This document shows positions 55,347 to 64,000 of a stretch of DNA of 64,000 bases, piece after piece; position 1 is the stretch's first letter; the number at the start of each line of letters is the position of its first letter. The DNA comes from Gammaproteobacteria bacterium (lineage in GTDB: Bacteria; Pseudomonadota; Gammaproteobacteria; Ga0077536): assembly GCA_965278995.1 (NCBI GenBank), contig OZ257136.1, positions 133,094 to 197,093 on the forward strand, given 5' to 3'. A program made the translations under genes and the position numbers. Under the pieces are notes generated by a model. The model ran no database searches and had not been told where the DNA came from. It saw only the letters and a program-made list of their open reading frames with translations.

Positions 55347-56153
55347 ATGAGCGACAGTTTCAAACCTTGCGGAGTCATCACGGTCACCACGGATTTCGGC
55401 CACCGGGGGCCGTTCGTCGGCACGATGAAAGGCGTCATTGCGAGTCGCTATGCGGCCGCGCGGGTGATCGATCTGACCCATGAGGCCTATGTGCACTGGC
55501 CCGCGGAAGCCGGTTTCTGGATTGCGCGATCGTATCACTATTTCCCGCCAGGCACGGTTCACCTGGCTGTTGTCGATCCGGGGGTCGGCACGGATCGGAG
55601 CGTACTGCTAGCGATTGGTAACGGCCATGCGTTTCTCGCACCGGACAACGGTCTGCTGGCCGAAGTCATCGACCGTTCGCAGGCGCGCGCTTATCACGTG
55701 CCCGACAACATCATCGATCTGCATCGCCTGCCCGATACCAGCGCGACGTTTCATGGCCGCGATATTTTCGCGCCGCTCGCGGCGATGCTCGCCAGCGGTC
55801 AGCTCACAGCGGGCGCTTGCGGCCGAGCGACCAGCGATTACGTGCCGTCGATCGTCGAACCGGCGGCTCGGCGTGGCAATCACTATGTCGGTGTGGTCAT
55901 GACGACCGATCATTTCGGTAATCTGATCACCAACATCGAAGGTGCGGAGCTTGGCCAGTTCAAGCGCCCGCTGGTGCACGCCGGCGGCCACGATATCGGC
56001 TGTGGCCGAACGTATGGCGACGTCAGCCCGGGCACGCTGGTCGCGCTGGTCAATTCTTTTGGTGTTCTCGAAATTGCGCGGGCCGAGCAGAACGCCGCCG
56101 AGTTTCTTGGCATCGGACGCGGCGCACCGATACGCATCAGCGAAGCGCCGTGA
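55347..56153 (+). CDS. SAM hydroxide adenosyltransferase (DUF62, SAM hydrolase type)
   Basis: TTDFG, DLTH, VVDPGVGTDR, APDNG, TFHGRDIF, DHFGNLITN, NSFGVLEIA. Confidence 0.9.
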   Translation: MSDSFKPCGVITVTTDFGHRGPFVGTMKGVIASRYAAARVIDLTHEAYVHWPAEAGFWIARSYHYFPPGTVHLAVVDPGVGTDRSVLLAIGNGHAFLAPDNGLLAEVIDRSQARAYHVPDNIIDLHRLPDTSATFHGRDIFAPLAAMLASGQLTAGACGRATSDYVPSIVEPAARRGNHYVGVVMTTDHFGNLITNIEGAELGQFKRPLVHAGGHDIGCGRTYGDVSPGTLVALVNSFGVLEIARAEQNAAEFLGIGRGAPIRISEAP

Positions 56154-56175
56154 ACAGCGTTTTTGACCGGGCTTT

Positions 56176-56871
56176 CTATAGCTTGCGCAAATCGACGTAG
56201 CTACCGCTTGCCACCGTCGCCAGTTGCGGCAGTAACGCGATGATGCGTGCGGCCGTCGTCTCGGCTGCGGGCATGTCGGGAGTACCGTGTGCCCGGTGCA
56301 GTCGGGCAACCGAGGGGAATCGCGTGGCGTCGACTTCGCGAAGTTCTGCCTGCATGGCGGAATCCACCAGACCCGGCGCGAGCGCGAGCAGCTGACAGGC
56401 CGGCTGCTCCAGCGCATAGAGTTGCATCAGCATGTTCAACGCCGCCTTGGATAATGAGTAAGAGGCCCAGCCGTGTTGCGCCACGACGGCTGCGCCGGAA
56501 GAAACCGCAATGATCCGGCTCGGTAGCGCAGCGCGTGCGATGAACCAGTCGATGATGTGTTTGTTGGCCCAGGTATTGATGGCCAGCACCTTTTCGATAT
56601 CAGTAAGCGCGGTCGCCGGCAGTTCGGCAATGCGCCCGAGTACGCCTGCATTCAAGTAAACGAGATCGATCGCAATCCGCTCGCCGCAAAGTCTTTCGAG
56701 TGCGGGCGCAATATCGGTGCTTACGGCTAGATCGCAGCGTTCCTGGTGCAGTCGCGCCTGCGGTGTCAGTTCGCCCCGGCTCAAGCCAGATACCGTATCG
56801 CCGCGGGCGAGATGTCCGGCGGCGAGTGCGGCACCAAGTCCACGACTATGGCCGGTGATGAGGATGTGCAT
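56176..56871 (-). CDS. SDR oxidoreductase (sepiapterin/benzil reductase-like)
   Basis: TGHSRGLG, NAG, SSGAA, YSLSK, APGLVDSAMQ. Confidence 0.88.
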   Translation of the reverse strand: MHILITGHSRGLGAALAAGHLARGDTVSGLSRGELTPQARLHQERCDLAVSTDIAPALERLCGERIAIDLVYLNAGVLGRIAELPATALTDIEKVLAINTWANKHIIDWFIARAALPSRIIAVSSGAAVVAQHGWASYSLSKAALNMLMQLYALEQPACQLLALAPGLVDSAMQAELREVDATRFPSVARLHRAHGTPDMPAAETTAARIIALLPQLATVASGSYVDLRKL

Positions 56872-56997
56872 GATGGGCTCCCTGGTCGCCATGAACGTCA
56901 GGCGATTCTACGCCGTGACAGCAAACGTCAGAAGTTCATCATGGCAACCGCCGAGCTTCGGTTAGCGCACTCAACGGAGAGCCGGTACACTTCGCCC

Positions 56998-58161
56998 ATG
57001 ATCATCGACGACCTCACTGAAGCGGCGCTGCGTCGTCGATCCGGCGCGAAGTGGTCTCATTATCCGGCCCATGTCCTGCCGGCCTGGGTCGCCGACATGG
57101 ATTTCGAGATCGCGGCGCCGATACGCGATGCCCTCGCCGGCCGGCTGGTTGCGCGCGATCTCGGTTATCCGGGTGCGCACCGTCTGCAGGCGCTGTTTGT
57201 CGAGCGAGCTGCCGAGCGCTATCAGTGGGCGATCGAGCCCGGGCAGGTCGTGGTCTTGAACGACGTCGTGCAGGGTCTCTATCTCTGTCTGCAGACGCTG
57301 GCTGCTGGAGGCGACGGCGCCATCATCCAGACCCCCATTTATCCGCCGTTTCTGCATGCCGTGCGTGAAACGGGGCGGCGGGCTGTGCTGTGCCCGCTCG
57401 TTCCCGGGCCAACGCGCTACGAAATCGATTTCGAACAGATGGCGCAGGCCGTCGATGGCGGTACGCGGCTGCTGCTGCTCTGTAATCCGCACAATCCCAC
57501 CGGACGTGCTTTTACTCGCGCTGAACTCGAGCAACTTGCGGCATTCGCCTGTCGTTACGATTTGATTATCGTATCCGATGAAATTCATGCCGATCTCGTG
57601 CTGGCAGGGACTCGCCATATTCCAATCGCGACGCTGTCGCCCGAAGTCGCCGCGCGAACTGTGACGCTGATGTCGGCAAGCAAGGCCTTCAATATTGCCG
57701 GGTTGTGCATGGCGTTTGCGCACTTCGGCAGTACCGAATTGCGCAATCGATTTGACGTTCTGCCCTCGCACACGCGCGGCGGTACCAACACCATGAGTGT
57801 TGCCGCGGTCAGCGCGGCATGGACGGCGGCGCAGGGTTGGCAGGACGAAGTAGTCGCCTATCTCAGCGACAATCGCGATCACGTTGCAGCGTACGCTGCG
57901 CGGCAGTGGCCACAGGTGCGCCATTTCGCGCCCGAAGCGACCTATCTTGCGTGGTTTGATCTGCGATCGTTGGCACTGCCGTGCGAACCGTGTGAATTCT
58001 TTCTCACGACTGCGCGAGTCGCGCTCAGCGATGGACGCACTTTCGGTGCCGAGGGCCATGGCCATGTGCGCCTCAATTTCGCTACCTCGCGCTCCCTGCT
58101 GGACGAGATCCTCACTCGCATGACGCAGGCGCTGGAGACACTCGCAACAGTTGATCGCTAA
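56998..58161 (+). CDS. MalY/PatB family PLP-dependent C-S lyase
   Basis: AWVADMDF, CNPHNPTGR, SDEIHADL, SASKAFNIAG, EATYLAW, RLNF. Confidence 0.93.
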   Translation: MIIDDLTEAALRRRSGAKWSHYPAHVLPAWVADMDFEIAAPIRDALAGRLVARDLGYPGAHRLQALFVERAAERYQWAIEPGQVVVLNDVVQGLYLCLQTLAAGGDGAIIQTPIYPPFLHAVRETGRRAVLCPLVPGPTRYEIDFEQMAQAVDGGTRLLLLCNPHNPTGRAFTRAELEQLAAFACRYDLIIVSDEIHADLVLAGTRHIPIATLSPEVAARTVTLMSASKAFNIAGLCMAFAHFGSTELRNRFDVLPSHTRGGTNTMSVAAVSAAWTAAQGWQDEVVAYLSDNRDHVAAYAARQWPQVRHFAPEATYLAWFDLRSLALPCEPCEFFLTTARVALSDGRTFGAEGHGHVRLNFATSRSLLDEILTRMTQALETLATVDR

Positions 58162-59588
58162 TGCTGGCGGAAAGCCCAGGCCAGAACCGCGTCACCGACA
58201 GCGGCGCCGGCGCCCCAGTTTGCCCGCGCATGATTGATCATCACGGAGACGATGAACGTGCGCCCTGACTGCGTGTGCACGTAGCCATCGACTGCCGACA
58301 CCTTGTCGATGCTGCCGGTTTTCAAATGCATTCGGCCGCTCTCGGCGCCGCTCCGAAAGCGTTTGCGCGTGGTGCCGTCCTTGCCAACGATCGACAGCGA
58401 CGCAAGGTACTCGGGCATGGTCGGTTGATGCCAGGCGTGGCGCAACAGATCGACCATGAATCGTGCCGAGACGCGGGTCGTTCGCGAGAGCCCTGAACCG
58501 TTGTCGATCACGAGTCCGGTGGTGTCGAGTCCGCGCTTGCCGAGATGCTGAACGAGCGCCGCACCGGCCTCGGCGCGGGTAATCGGCGTACGATTCGCTT
58601 TTTCGCCGACGGTGTAGAGCAGCATGCGTGTCATGACATTGTTGCTCCACTTGTTCAGTGGCCGGATCAGTTCACCGAGTTCGCGCGAATGCCAGGTTAA
58701 CAGCAAGCGTGCGCCCGGTGGTTTCGCCGCGACCTGGTAGTTGCCCTGGATGCTTCCCCCCCATTGTTGCCACAAGCTCTTGAAGACGCCGAAAGCGTAA
58801 GCCGGTGCGCGCATGACACTGCGCGGCAACGGGATGGCAGCACAGCCGGATGGCAGCGAGCCTGAGAAAGCGACAGTTTCAGGTGTCGTTGGATCGGGCA
58901 CGTTCATGTACAGGCGCACGGCGTTACCGGAGCAGGCGCCCTGGACGAGTTTCACTTTATTGACGATGGTCAGATTCGGCAGCTCAGGGATGGTCGTGAT
59001 GGCGACGCCGCCGTGAGCGGCGTCTGGCCGGACCACGAATTCAATCGATTTGAAATTCACCAGCAGGGCGCTTGGCAGCACGTTATAGAGGCGATAAGCC
59101 TGGCCATCGAACGCGCCCGGATCGGTTTCTTCAACGACGAAATAAGTCTCGTCGACGATGAGATCGCCGCGGATCTCGCGGATGCCCTGGCGGCGCAATT
59201 GGCCGAGCATGGCCCAGAAGTCCTCGAGGACAAAATACGGGTCGCCAAAACCTTTGATGACGAGATCGCCCTGCAGGACACCGTCGCGTACCGGCCCGGT
59301 TGCGTACAGTTGAGTCGGCCAGGTATGCGTTGGGCCGAGCTTGTCGAGCGCGGTCCAGGTCGTGACGAGTTTGACGGTCGAAGCGGGATTGCGCGGCGTG
59401 TCGACATTCAGTGCCAACCGCGGGGTGTCTTCGTCGACAGCCTGAACCAGGATACTGGCCGCTTCGACCGGGATCTTGTAACGCGTCAGAAGCTGGGCGA
59501 CGGGTGTCGGCAGCGCAGCCTGGGCGGCGGGGCAGAGCGCGAATCCCGAGCTCACGGCCAACAGCCAGGCGAGCAGGCGCAGCTTCAT
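58158..59588 (-). CDS. dacB: D-Ala-D-Ala carboxypeptidase/endopeptidase (PBP4)
   Basis: PASTVKL (SxxK), GFGDP, KWSNN (SxN), DNGSGLSR, KTG. Confidence 0.93.
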   Translation of the reverse strand: MKLRLLAWLLAVSSGFALCPAAQAALPTPVAQLLTRYKIPVEAASILVQAVDEDTPRLALNVDTPRNPASTVKLVTTWTALDKLGPTHTWPTQLYATGPVRDGVLQGDLVIKGFGDPYFVLEDFWAMLGQLRRQGIREIRGDLIVDETYFVVEETDPGAFDGQAYRLYNVLPSALLVNFKSIEFVVRPDAAHGGVAITTIPELPNLTIVNKVKLVQGACSGNAVRLYMNVPDPTTPETVAFSGSLPSGCAAIPLPRSVMRAPAYAFGVFKSLWQQWGGSIQGNYQVAAKPPGARLLLTWHSRELGELIRPLNKWSNNVMTRMLLYTVGEKANRTPITRAEAGAALVQHLGKRGLDTTGLVIDNGSGLSRTTRVSARFMVDLLRHAWHQPTMPEYLASLSIVGKDGTTRKRFRSGAESGRMHLKTGSIDKVSAVDGYVHTQSGRTFIVSVMINHARANWGAGAAVGDAVLAWAFRQH

Positions 59589-59791
59589 CTATCGACTCCT
59601 CGTTGGGACGTTTTGTGACCGATGCCACGCCGGTACCGGTAACCACCAACCGTGACCTTGTTGCGGATCTCTGGACGCGGCGCATTGTAAACCGGCCACA
59701 CGTATTCGTCGCCGGTAAGTGCGCCGCCAATCGGGCCAGAGAACGGGGATTACGCAACAGGCAGGGCGGAGCGCATCGCAACTTGCAACCG

Positions 59792-60229
59792 TCAGGTCAA
59801 AAGTTTGAGGCTGGCCGCCAGATGATGACTCGCGAATGCGGCAGCCGACCAGTGTCTGCGTTCGAGCCGATAGCGGTACCTGTCGGCAAGCAGATAAGTA
59901 CAGGCCGCTCGGCGCTGCTCGCCAGACGATGGCACGGTCAGCACCGTGACGATCACTGCGCGGCGCTCGTAGAGCGTTCCCTCGTAGTCGTCGAGCCGCT
60001 GCCAATCTACGGCGGTCAGGCCTTCATACAGGACCCCACGGGTGTAACCGCCGGACCGCGCGACCAGTGCCGGATAATGCTCCCCACGGACGCGATAGCG
60101 GCTATGGCCATCGAGACGCGCCGCGTGCAGCGTGCGCGTTTCGCCGCAGACGGCGGCGAAGAGTTCCGGAAACAGCAGGGTGCCATAAGCGAACAGGCAA
60201 TCGGCAGCGCTGGCGAGCGCATTTGGCAA
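59792..60229 (-). CDS. Gamma-glutamylcyclotransferase (AIG2-like) family protein
   Basis: LFAYGTL, YPAL, LDDYEG, YER; TTG start next to the upstream stop codon. Confidence 0.82.
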   Translation of the reverse strand: MPNALASAADCLFAYGTLLFPELFAAVCGETRTLHAARLDGHSRYRVRGEHYPALVARSGGYTRGVLYEGLTAVDWQRLDDYEGTLYERRAVIVTVLTVPSSGEQRRAACTYLLADRYRYRLERRHWSAAAFASHHLAASLKLLT

Positions 60230-60231
60230 AG

Positions 60232-61437
60232 TCAGATAATGCCTGCTTTCGCCAGTGCCTCGCGGTCGCTCGCGCTCAGTCCAAGCAACCCGCCGAGCAC
60301 AGCGTCGTTGTGGGCGCCCAAAGCGGGACCCGGCCAATCCGTACCACCCGGTGTACGCGCCAACAGCGGTATGATGGCCGGCACGTTCAGGGGCTGCCCA
60401 TCGATGGTCACTTCCTGGAACAGACCGCGCGCGCGGTATTGCGGGTCATTGAACATGTCCCTTGCGTCGTATATCGGCCCTGCGGCAACCGCAGCTTCGT
60501 CGAGGATCTCAAGCGCTGCGCTTTGCGACAAGGTCCGTGTCCATGCCTCCACTGCGCCATCGACTTCTTCCTGACAAATGACGCGCCCCGCGTTGTTAGC
60601 GAAGCGCGGATCGCTTGCCATTTGCGGTTGGCCCATCGCCTCGACCAGGCGTTTGAACATGGGATTGGTATTGGCACCGATCACTATCAGCTTATCGTCT
60701 CCGCAGCGATAGGTATTGGACGGAACGATGCCGGTCAGGGTCGATCCCGATGGTTGTCGAATGACGCCATTACCGTCGAACTCCGGAATGACCGCCTCGA
60801 GCAGGTTGAATACCGCTTCGAAGATAGCGACGTCGACGACCTGACCGATGCCATCGCGCTGCCGCCCGATGTACGCCAGCAGCACGCCCAGTGCAGCATG
60901 GATGCCGGCGAGCGTATCGCCGATGCTGAGGTTGGGCCGCACCGGCGGCTGCCCGGGAAAGCCGTTGACATAGCGAAAGCCGCCAAACGCCTCGCACACC
61001 GAGGCAAATCCGGCTTTAGGCGCCGATGGTCCGGTTTGACCGTAACCCGAGATGCGGGCGTAGATGAGTCCAGGATTGCTTGTTTTGACATCGTCGGGAC
61101 CAAGGCCCCATTTTTCCATCGTTCCCGGCCGGAAGTTTTCGATCACGACGTCTGCTTTCTGGATCAGATCCCCGAGCAGTTCGCGGCCGCGTGGATTGCG
61201 CAGATCCAAAGTCACGCATTGCTTGTTCCGCGCCAGGCTGGCCCACCACAGCGATGTACCGTTGCGTACTTCGCGCCAGCCGCGTATCGGGTCGCCGCCG
61301 TCCGGCGGTTCAACCTTGATCACTTCGGCACCGAAGTAGCCAAGGATGGTCCCGGCAAACGGACCGGCCAGCAGTTGCCCGACTTCGACGACACGCATGC
61401 CGTGCAGTGGTCGTTGGGAGTGTTCGCTTGTACTCAT
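60232..61437 (-). CDS. CaiB/BaiF family III CoA-transferase
   Basis: LAGPFA, GAEVIKVEPPDGGD, ARNK, ENFRPG, ISGYGQTGP, GDTLAG, PALGAHN. Confidence 0.94.
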   Translation of the reverse strand: MSTSEHSQRPLHGMRVVEVGQLLAGPFAGTILGYFGAEVIKVEPPDGGDPIRGWREVRNGTSLWWASLARNKQCVTLDLRNPRGRELLGDLIQKADVVIENFRPGTMEKWGLGPDDVKTSNPGLIYARISGYGQTGPSAPKAGFASVCEAFGGFRYVNGFPGQPPVRPNLSIGDTLAGIHAALGVLLAYIGRQRDGIGQVVDVAIFEAVFNLLEAVIPEFDGNGVIRQPSGSTLTGIVPSNTYRCGDDKLIVIGANTNPMFKRLVEAMGQPQMASDPRFANNAGRVICQEEVDGAVEAWTRTLSQSAALEILDEAAVAAGPIYDARDMFNDPQYRARGLFQEVTIDGQPLNVPAIIPLLARTPGGTDWPGPALGAHNDAVLGGLLGLSASDREALAKAGII

Positions 61438-61441
61438 GGGT

Positions 61442-61855
61442 TCAATCCGTATCCTGATCCGTATATTCCAACAGTTGCGGCTCTGTACGATGGTGCCGCG
61501 CGTGCCGGCAACGTAAGTCCAGCAGCATTATCGAAACCCCGAGAGAATTCGCAAGCGCGTCGGCTAGCGAGGCGCTGCGCAGCGGCAGAAAATGCTGCAG
61601 GCATTCCATACCCACACCGAAACCGGCGAGCGTCAGCGCAATGAGTGGCCAGCGCCTGCTGGGCCAGCCTCTGCCATGACAGAACATGAGCGCCGCATAC
61701 ATGGCGACATGGACCAGCTTGTCGCTGCCCGACGGGGTCTGCGGCGGTGCCGACAGGGGCGCGAGCGAGAGCCCGGCAACCACGACCAGGGCGGACCACG
61801 CGATGAGCCGCCAGCGCCGCTGCAGCGGCGTGATGATCACCGCGGACAACGCCAT
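61442..61855 (-). CDS. VanZ-family membrane protein
   Basis: SDKLVHVAMY, ECLQHFLPLRSASLADALANSLG. Confidence 0.85.
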   Translation of the reverse strand: MALSAVIITPLQRRWRLIAWSALVVVAGLSLAPLSAPPQTPSGSDKLVHVAMYAALMFCHGRGWPSRRWPLIALTLAGFGVGMECLQHFLPLRSASLADALANSLGVSIMLLDLRCRHARHHRTEPQLLEYTDQDTD

Positions 61856-61900
61856 CGTGCCTCCTTCAGCGGCGGCGGCGGCGGGCCGCTATCTCCGGAC

Positions 61901-63007
61901 ATGAAACGCCTTTGTACAGTCTGTGTGATCCTGATTATAGGCCTGGGTACGGGCCGCGGCACGGTCGCTGCAGAGGCTTCCCAGGCCGAGTTCGAAGCGG
62001 CAGTCGGCTTCTATGCGGCAGCTGATTTCCCGCATGCAATGGCCGCATTCCAACCACTGGCTAAGGCGGGCGACGCGCGGGCACAGTTCGCTGTCGGTGT
62101 GATGTATGCGCGTGGCGAAGGCGTCACGGTCAGCGATACACAGGCGCTGGCCTGGTACGCGCGCAGCGCCGAGCAGGGCTTTGCCCGCGCGCAATACAAT
62201 CTCGCGTTGATGCTCGAGAAAGGCCGCGGAACCGTTGCCGACCCAGAGCGCGCGCGGCATTGGTTCGCCGAAGCAGCAATGCGCGAGCATTCGGACGCAC
62301 TGACCCGCCTGCGCGAGGCGGCCGATGCTGGCCAGGTCGACAGCCAGTATCGACTCGGTCAGATGTATTACTTCGGTCGCGGCGTGCGGCGTAACGAGCG
62401 CGACGCTTTCGGCTGGTTCAGCAAGGCAGCGGAGCAGGGTCAGGCCGAGGCGCAGTTCGCTGTCGGCCTGATGTACGAACGGGGTCAGGGTCGGCCGCTG
62501 TCGTTCGTCGAAGCGGTCCGCTGGTATCAACGCGCCGCGGAAACGGGTGAACGACGGGCGGCCTACAACCTTGGCCGACTCTATCGACTCGGGCGCGGCG
62601 TTGCCGCGGATGCGGCGAAAGCGCGCGCACTCTACGAGACAGCGGCGGAAGCCGGACTGGTTTCGGCCCAACTGACCCTGGCCATGCTGTTCGAAGCGGG
62701 CGTCGGCTGGCCCCAGGATTACGACCAGGCAGTTGCCTGGTACCGCCGCGCTGCCGCCGGCGGCAGTCGCGATGCCGCACTCAACCTTGGCTGTTTGTAT
62801 GCCGAAGGCAAAGGCGTCGCCGTCGATCCGGTCGAAGCATTCGCGCGTTATACCGTCGCCAGTGAGGCAGGCCAACCGCTGGCAGCGGATAATCTGGCGC
62901 TGCTGGCGCCGAATCTGAGCGTGCAGGCACGAGCCCGAGCAATGGCGCTGGCGCAGCGTTATCGCGACGAAGCTCAGCTGGCTAAATCAGCGTCACCGAC
63001 TGGTTGA
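61901..63007 (+). CDS. Sel1-repeat protein, exported
   Basis: Signal peptide; repeated AQFAVGxMYxRGxG / WYxxAAEQG Sel1 units. Confidence 0.92.
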   Translation: MKRLCTVCVILIIGLGTGRGTVAAEASQAEFEAAVGFYAAADFPHAMAAFQPLAKAGDARAQFAVGVMYARGEGVTVSDTQALAWYARSAEQGFARAQYNLALMLEKGRGTVADPERARHWFAEAAMREHSDALTRLREAADAGQVDSQYRLGQMYYFGRGVRRNERDAFGWFSKAAEQGQAEAQFAVGLMYERGQGRPLSFVEAVRWYQRAAETGERRAAYNLGRLYRLGRGVAADAAKARALYETAAEAGLVSAQLTLAMLFEAGVGWPQDYDQAVAWYRRAAAGGSRDAALNLGCLYAEGKGVAVDPVEAFARYTVASEAGQPLAADNLALLAPNLSVQARARAMALAQRYRDEAQLAKSASPTG

Positions 63008-63237
63008 GATAACCCAGTCTCCGGTTTCTGTGCGGGTTGCCGACGCGCGCCTCCACGCGGGAACTCTTCCCGTTCTCCATTCAGTGCATCCGCCCGAAAC
63101 GCGCTGCCCAGGTCTCGCGACGGCGCGCTATCGTGCACGTCAGGCTTCGCTAAGCCGTAAAGCATCAGTCCGCGACAGGATGTCGCGTTCAGGTTACCCG
63201 GCCACATCCGGGCAACTCCGTCACGAGGGACCGGGAC

Positions 63238-64000
63238 ATGTCACAGTCAAGGACGACTATTGTGAGTCTGTCAGCGCTTTTGGGAACCATCACGTTCGGC
63301 GTCGAGGCCCTGCCGGCAGCCGATTTCGTCGCGCCGACAGAATTCTGGTCGGCGCGCGCGCCGAGGCGGGATTGTCCAATGACGTGTTCTGTGCCCGTGG
63401 GCATTTACTCCGAATTTGGCGACGGCCTGCGCGCCTTGCGCAAACATGCCGCTGCAGTGGTGCCGATCAAAGGAGACAAACCGTATACCTCCCGCCTTGC
63501 GCAAATACCATTCAATCTTGGCGAATACGATATCGACGCGGATGGCAGGGACGATTGGTTTGGCTTTACGCATGAATTCGCCGACATCTTCACTGCGCGA
63601 CGGGGTTGCACCGCCTACGCACTGGAGGGTGTCACCCGCGGCTGGAACGGCCTGCTGAACGGCGGCCCGATCACCCTGTTCGAGAAACTGCCGGCGGCAT
63701 CGCTCGCGGCCATCGAACAGGCCGCCCATTTCGAGCCAACCGTGCCGTGCGGCGGGCCGCCTGCAGGCCGCGATCTTCGTCGCGGAAATCTGCCGGTATT
63801 CACGCTGAATCGAATCCGTGGTGCGGCGTGTCCGTCCGGTACGGTACCTACTCGACTGGTCCTGACCAACGCCGGCTGTCGCGCGACCGGTGGCATCATT
63901 CCGGAACGCAATCTTGGCGCGCAGTGCCCGGCCATCAGCAACGGTTCCAACCCGATCAATGCGGTGACCGGCAACAAGTATCAGCGTGAGGTCGATTACG
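63238..64000 (+). CDS. N-terminus of an RHS/YD-repeat-type protein (DUF6531-like motif), truncated by the window end
   Basis: My translation: RBS GAGGGA, ATG 63238, open to the end; MSQSRTTIVSLSALLGTITFGVEA... ending CPAISNGSNPINAVTGNKYQREVDY, typical of the start of RHS cores. Confidence 0.75.
   Translation, partial: MSQSRTTIVSLSALLGTITFGVEALPAADFVAPTEFWSARAPRRDCPMTCSVPVGIYSEFGDGLRALRKHAAAVVPIKGDKPYTSRLAQIPFNLGEYDIDADGRDDWFGFTHEFADIFTARRGCTAYALEGVTRGWNGLLNGGPITLFEKLPAASLAAIEQAAHFEPTVPCGGPPAGRDLRRGNLPVFTLNRIRGAACPSGTVPTRLVLTNAGCRATGGIIPERNLGAQCPAISNGSNPINAVTGNKYQREVDY

Noticed and set aside
55347-56153. Possible fluorinase/chlorinase
   Set aside because: It keeps the Asp-Arg-His set (VVDPGVGTDR, TFHGRD) typical of DUF62 SAM hydrolases, and no halometabolite cluster is adjacent.
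63030-63989. ORF-track calls 63030-63575, 63271-63729, 63606-63989 and 63615-63977
   Set aside because: No recognisable motifs; they overlap the better-supported frame starting at 63238.

Overview
GC-rich bacterial chromosomal window, probably Gammaproteobacteria-like (inferred from yaaA, uup, DUF2333, BaeSR/Spy-like genes, dacB and glcB). It holds about 54 densely packed CDSs, and I saw no rRNA, tRNA, CRISPR array or transposase. Main blocks: (1) 1.5-11.6 kb, an unusual envelope locus of YCF48/BNR protein, large DUF1302-like outer-membrane protein, membrane-anchored Pro-rich vWA protein, large TPR-like protein, COG0523 metallochaperone and Tat-signal DUF1329-like protein, with a divergent TetR regulator; (2) uup/ppiA/yaaA and a BaeSR-Spy-like module; (3) catabolic genes: desaturase, two F420-family-like oxidoreductases, SDR and an AbfD/HpaB-family enzyme with a rearranged Cys pattern; (4) a MacAB-type exporter; (5) a cobalt nitrile hydratase-amidase operon next to a hydantoinase/oxoprolinase A/B pair; (6) GGDEF protein, cytochrome b/c', glcB, glk; (7) a second hydantoinase-family pair whose B subunit is fused to an acetone-carboxylase-gamma-like Zn domain; (8) mixed metabolic and cell-wall genes, ending in the start of an RHS/YD-type protein that the ORF track misses. 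Two structured intergenic inverted-repeat elements (11596-11829 and about 48380-48555) are visible. All product calls come from motif recognition by eye; no database search was run.
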